Source of the DNA: a virus
Lineage: Duplodnaviria > Heunggongvirae > Uroviricota > Caudoviricetes
Length of the DNA: 55,411 nucleotides
Virus record (IMG/VR): IMGVR_UViG_3300009551_000002
Coordinates: 64,001-119,411 of that record
Strand: one strand, 5' to 3'
The notes beneath the pieces were generated by a model that saw only the letters and a list, made by a program, of their open reading frames with translations, did not search any database and was not told where the DNA came from. This document shows, piece by piece, positions 51,671 to 55,411 of the stretch (positions are counted from its first letter, which is position 1; each line of letters begins with the position of its first letter). The translations under genes were made by a program, and so were the position numbers.

Positions 51671-52678
51671 ATGTCCAGACAGATTGTGGCGGAGCACGTC
51701 CGTAGATCGGACCTGCCCACCCTACCTGCTGACCAGATTGTAGTCGTACACAACGAGAACACACGTCTCTATGAACCAGACGTCAGCGATCTCGTAGAAT
51801 CCTTCCTAAAGAACGGCCAACTGATGCCGTGTCTTGTCCGTCCACTCCCAGATGGACGAATCCAACTCGTGGCTGGTTACCGGCGCTGGCTGGCAGCCAT
51901 GGCGATTTCCAAGATGCAGGAGACGGACGGCATCCCTCCCGAGGATCGGTTCAAGCTCGCCGTCGTCGTCCAGAAGATGTCGGCGGTCGAGGCACTAGAT
52001 CGCAACATTATTGAGAACGACCAGCGCAAGAACCTGTCTCCCGTCGAGTACGCGCACGCTATAAGACGCTTACGCATAGCTCATGGATGGCAGGATACCG
52101 AAGGTACACAGAAGCTCGCTCATCTCTTCCGTGGCCCTACCGGCAAACCGCGATCAGCAGCGTGGATTACTTCCATGGAAGATCTACTGTCATTGTCGGA
52201 AGGCGAGCAGTTCGAGGTGCATAAGCACTTCATCACGAGCGGCGAGGAAGGCATCTCCCAGACAGTCGCACAGGTCCTCGCCAAAGTCCCCGAGGGCGAC
52301 CGTGAGAAGACACTCACCGAGGCCCGCGCGGCATCCATGAAGGGCAAGGGCAACCAACCAAGTGCGACCAAAAGTGCATCAGCCGGTAACGCCAGGATCA
52401 GGGTCCGCGATATCTCCACGGCTGCCGGGAAAATCAAAGGCAAGCAGATCAAAGACGTGATCGAGTTCGTCGACGGTTACTTCGACGGCAGCATGGTCAA
52501 CATGCCTCTTCATCAGATGAGCGAAGAGTTTCTCACCCGTATCAAGGCTTACCTGAAAGGTGAAGTTACCGAACTCCAACTCGATAATACGATCATGAAA
52601 ATCGACGGGTGCCTGCACAAGTATTATGCCCGTTACCTCCAGGAAAAGGCGCAGGAAAAGAAGACCGGAAAGCGTTAA
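51671..52678 (+). CDS. ParB/Spo0J-like protein
   Basis: LVESF..NGQLMPCLVR, LVAGYRRW.AA, EN.QRKNLSPVE.A; ATG 51671 after AAGGAG. Confidence 0.85.
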   Translation: MSRQIVAEHVRRSDLPTLPADQIVVVHNENTRLYEPDVSDLVESFLKNGQLMPCLVRPLPDGRIQLVAGYRRWLAAMAISKMQETDGIPPEDRFKLAVVVQKMSAVEALDRNIIENDQRKNLSPVEYAHAIRRLRIAHGWQDTEGTQKLAHLFRGPTGKPRSAAWITSMEDLLSLSEGEQFEVHKHFITSGEEGISQTVAQVLAKVPEGDREKTLTEARAASMKGKGNQPSATKSASAGNARIRVRDISTAAGKIKGKQIKDVIEFVDGYFDGSMVNMPLHQMSEEFLTRIKAYLKGEVTELQLDNTIMKIDGCLHKYYARYLQEKAQEKKTGKR

Positions 52679-52692
52679 AACGCAAGCTGGGC

Positions 52693-52736
52693 TTGTGTTG
52701 GAATAGACGTACCCATACAATCGAGGGTACGACTAT
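52693..52736 (+). promoter_or_regulatory. Promoter TTGTGT-N17-TACAAT overlapped by a 12-bp imperfect inverted repeat
   Basis: Hexamers at 52693-52698 and 52716-52721; arms ATAGACGTACCC / GGGTACGACTAT. Confidence 0.6.
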
Positions 52737-52863
52737 TTAAGTCTAGCGTTGAGGCGGCTCGTTGTGGAGCGATGCTCGCGGAGGCTGTGCGGCCTGCCGT
52801 TAGTCTATCTTTCCTCGTCAGTCACAGTCAACTAAATAATCGATGAGCTAGGAGTGTGTCTGT

Positions 52864-53031
52864 ATGGATGGAGAACCATCTGAAATCCTCGAAGCGTTCT
52901 GGAGAGACTTCTCGTTTCCTAAAGCTACTCGTGCTGACGTTGGGGAACAGTCGGTGACCCTCTACAACGAAGACGGCAGTCTGCATTCCATGATGACGCG
53001 CAGCACGTGGGACAGGATGCTGAATGACTAA
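52864..53031 (+). CDS. Small hypothetical protein (55 aa, below cutoff)
   Basis: AGGAG SD; frame MDGEPSEILEAFW...MLND overlaps the next start. Confidence 0.55.
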   Translation: MDGEPSEILEAFWRDFSFPKATRADVGEQSVTLYNEDGSLHSMMTRSTWDRMLND

Positions 53032-53407
53032 ACCGAGGATGTTCTACTTCGGCCCGTGGGATCAGGCCGGTCATCACATGCGCTCTGCTGATCGCCCAAC
53101 GGATCGCTCCATGGAACTCGAAGAGCGCCGCGCGGAATCGAACTTCACAAGAACGAATCCGTGGGGCTGTCACGTCGATGGGCAACTCTGCTCTAAGAAC
53201 ACCACGGAAGGCTTGGCGTTGATCTATCACAAAGGTGGTTGGACAGCGATGTCGTTCTGGGATTACACCATCGATACTCGGCCCGGCTCCCACAGCACCT
53301 ACCTTGCCGAGGGCACCTTTACCTTCGAGGAGATGGTCGAGATGGCTAAGTCCAGGTTCGCCGAGCGGTGGTCGAAAATGGCGTTCAAGGTCGAACTCGT
53401 TTCCTAA
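53024..53407 (+). CDS. Hypothetical phage protein
   Basis: Coupled ORF; GWTAMSFWD...D.RPGS.S motif. Confidence 0.7.
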   Translation: MTKPRMFYFGPWDQAGHHMRSADRPTDRSMELEERRAESNFTRTNPWGCHVDGQLCSKNTTEGLALIYHKGGWTAMSFWDYTIDTRPGSHSTYLAEGTFTFEEMVEMAKSRFAERWSKMAFKVELVS

Positions 53408-53562
53408 ATCGCAGGTAGTATATAACTATGCCATTGAAAACAAACACATTTGAGGCATACTACCTGCAAACAGGGAAACGAGTTAGACGTTTTGAACTTG
53501 TTACCCAAATCGCAGAAGGTATCTATTTATATATATTAAATATATACTTCCTGCGATTTAGG
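53403..53562. repeat. 22-bp inverted repeat (21/22) flanking related sites and an AT-rich tract; candidate origin
   Basis: 53403-53424 versus 53541-53562; partial copies at 53457-53467 and 53507-53525. Confidence 0.75.
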
Positions 53563-53593
53563 CAACGAGTTGGTTTCGGGGGGTGTTATCACC

Positions 53594-54796
53594 GTGGCTT
53601 ATAAGCCCGACCTGGACCGAATCGTCGATGCTTTCGGGAACCTGTGCATGCCGGACCCTATGGCTGTCCTGGTCACTTACGGGGCAGTCGCGGGGAGTAT
53701 GTTCGAGGGATTCCCGGTTCATCTGTTCTTGATCGCGCCACCGGCATCGGGGAAGAACGAGATCCTCGAACCGCTCTTCGACTTGTACAAGACCTTCCAC
53801 ATATCGACGTTCAACGAGTCTTCTCTGCTTAGCGGCACGCGCCACAAGGAGCGCGCAGCGAATGCTACGGGCGGTCTCCTCAAACAGATTGGCGACGGCG
53901 GCTTCGGGCGCTTCATCCTGACCGAGTTCAATAGCGTGCTGGCGATGAACCCGGATAAGCGTAGGGAGGCGCTGGCAGCGCTCCAGAACGTCTGTACCGG
54001 GTTCCTGGACCGTCCGGTCGGCGCAGACGGCGGCGGCGGCCTACACTGGCACGGCAAGGTACAAGTGCTCGCAGCTTGCACGGAATCGATCGAAGAACAT
54101 TTCACAGCACTAGGGAGTGTGGGTGAGCGCTTCATCTATTGCCGCCTGCCAAAGATTGATCGCAAGGGGCATCTCAAGGCAGCAGTCCACAATTCCAGGA
54201 ATGGCTCATCGGCATATTGGAAGAGAGAACGCAAGAACCTCGTGACAGAGATGTTCAATCGTCTCGAAGTTCCGAAGTGTCCTGAAGATCTAATTACGCC
54301 GTCAGACGAGAGCGCGCTCTCAGCCATGGCTGATTTTTCAAGTTCAGCGCGATCTTCGGTGTCACGCAACTGGAAGAGAGAGATCGAGTACGTGAACGCG
54401 GCGGAAGGCCCTGCGCGTATCTATCAGGCGCTACAACGAACGCTCTGTGGAATGCGTGTAATTGGAGTATCGAACGAAATGTCGTTGCGCTATACGGCTC
54501 GCGTCGCGTTAGGGTCTCTTCCGGGGTTACGGAGAACGATCGTAGCATTGGTTGCCGATGCTGTCTGTCATGATATTGCTGTTACGGTCCCGCTACTCCA
54601 GCAGAAGATCCCATACTATTCTGACTCCACGATTCGCCGGGCACTTGAGGAATTGGAAGTCCACGGCATAATGGAGCGCGTCAATGGCTATCGTGATTAC
54701 TGGGCATTTACGGGGGACTCCTTAGACAATTGGTGTGCCGGATTCGATTTAGAAGACATTGAAGAGATTATCAAAAATCACCGTGGGGCGGTATAA
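53594..54796 (+). CDS. AAA+ (MCM-like) replication ATPase/helicase with a C-terminal winged helix
   Basis: APPASGKN Walker A, GGLL, ILTEF Walker B variant, GERF, STIRRALEELEVHG; GTG 53594 after GGGGGG (track start 53570). Confidence 0.7.
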   Translation: MAYKPDLDRIVDAFGNLCMPDPMAVLVTYGAVAGSMFEGFPVHLFLIAPPASGKNEILEPLFDLYKTFHISTFNESSLLSGTRHKERAANATGGLLKQIGDGGFGRFILTEFNSVLAMNPDKRREALAALQNVCTGFLDRPVGADGGGGLHWHGKVQVLAACTESIEEHFTALGSVGERFIYCRLPKIDRKGHLKAAVHNSRNGSSAYWKRERKNLVTEMFNRLEVPKCPEDLITPSDESALSAMADFSSSARSSVSRNWKREIEYVNAAEGPARIYQALQRTLCGMRVIGVSNEMSLRYTARVALGSLPGLRRTIVALVADAVCHDIAVTVPLLQQKIPYYSDSTIRRALEELEVHGIMERVNGYRDYWAFTGDSLDNWCAGFDLEDIEEIIKNHRGAV

Positions 54797-54805
54797 TAAA
54801 TAGGC

Positions 54806-55411
54806 ATGTCTACTCTTGTAGAAGAAATCGTCCCCCAGGAATTGGGCATAGATCCGATACGCTTCCCCGGATGGCGTCCCGGCCAATACCAAATCTTCAT
54901 GGACACGATGGATTGCCAGACGCGGTTCAGTGGTCATTGCGCGCCGTGCGGTTTCGGCAAGTCACTCTGCATGATCTGCTACGCACTAACGACCGGATCG
55001 CGAACATTGATCCTCACGCCGTTCAAGGGACTGCAAGATCAGTTAGGCAAAGAGTTCCCCGACACTGTCACGGACCTCAAAGGCAAAGCCAACTACTACT
55101 GCATGACGATGCAGACCAACTGCGAGATGGGCGCTCCACGGTGCGATGTGCGGAACTCGATCATGGGTGCCGGGCTATGCGATCACAAAGCAGCTACCAA
55201 TCGCGCAATACACGCTGACATCGTCGTCACCAACTATTCGTGTTGGTTCCATCAGATGTACGGCCAGGGCATCGGCGAGTTTGACACGATCATCATGGAC
55301 GAGGCGGATGCGGCAGAGAGCGCGTTGAGCGAGTTCCTGTCGTTCTCTCTATCATCCAAGGAAGCGTTAGGAGACTCCGGCAAGAATCGCGCGCCGCATT
55401 GGAATGATCCC
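54806..55411 (+). CDS. DinG/XPD-like SF2 helicase, truncated by the window edge (absent from the ORF track)
   Basis: Read manually: WRPGQ Q-motif, APCGFGKS, LQDQL, KGKANYYC plus three more Cys (Fe-S-like), IVVTNY, IIMDEAD. Confidence 0.85.
   Translation, partial: MSTLVEEIVPQELGIDPIRFPGWRPGQYQIFMDTMDCQTRFSGHCAPCGFGKSLCMICYALTTGSRTLILTPFKGLQDQLGKEFPDTVTDLKGKANYYCMTMQTNCEMGAPRCDVRNSIMGAGLCDHKAATNRAIHADIVVTNYSCWFHQMYGQGIGEFDTIIMDEADAAESALSEFLSFSLSSKEALGDSGKNRAPHWNDP

Noticed and set aside
52740-52860. tRNA or ncRNA in the intergenic stretch (also checked 17391-17522 and 9629-9807)
   Set aside because: No cloverleaf or T-loop GTTCGA pattern; only short hairpins
53427-53603. ~58-aa ORF through the AT-rich repeat region
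   Set aside because: No SD, atypical composition, coincides with the candidate origin and overlaps the next gene's start

Overview
The window is about 55 kb of a tailed dsDNA bacteriophage genome, most likely a siphovirus. Nearly all genes are on the + strand. In order: (1) early/accessory block, 27-6567, with a lone minus-strand PadR-family regulator, an Acb2/Tad1-hairpin-like small protein, a ThyX with an altered RHR motif, a MazG-like protein and a HerA-like ATPase; (2) GH25 endolysin plus membrane proteins and a peptide deformylase, 6599-9628; (3) packaging and head genes: terS, terL, portal, protease-scaffold with two nested in-frame starts, and a 630-aa capsid protein; (4) about 6 kb of extra structural genes including an 830-aa basic Ser/Thr/Ala repeat protein; (5) connector, tail tube, a -1 frameshifted chaperone, tape measure and a GTA-like tail tip (DUF2460, DUF2163, NlpC/P60, J-like); (6) five consecutive tail-fibre/lectin-like genes closed by a terminator; (7) ParB-like gene, a candidate origin, an AAA+ helicase-like gene and a truncated DinG-like helicase. 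The most striking signal is block 6: all five proteins carry N-terminal secretion signals, a predicted mature N-terminal Gln and mostly paired cysteines, which suggests phage fibre/adhesin proteins matured in the periplasm. A diderm host such as an Acidobacterium is an inference only. I found no integrase, tRNA, rRNA or CRISPR array. All family assignments come from motif recognition by eye, not database searches.
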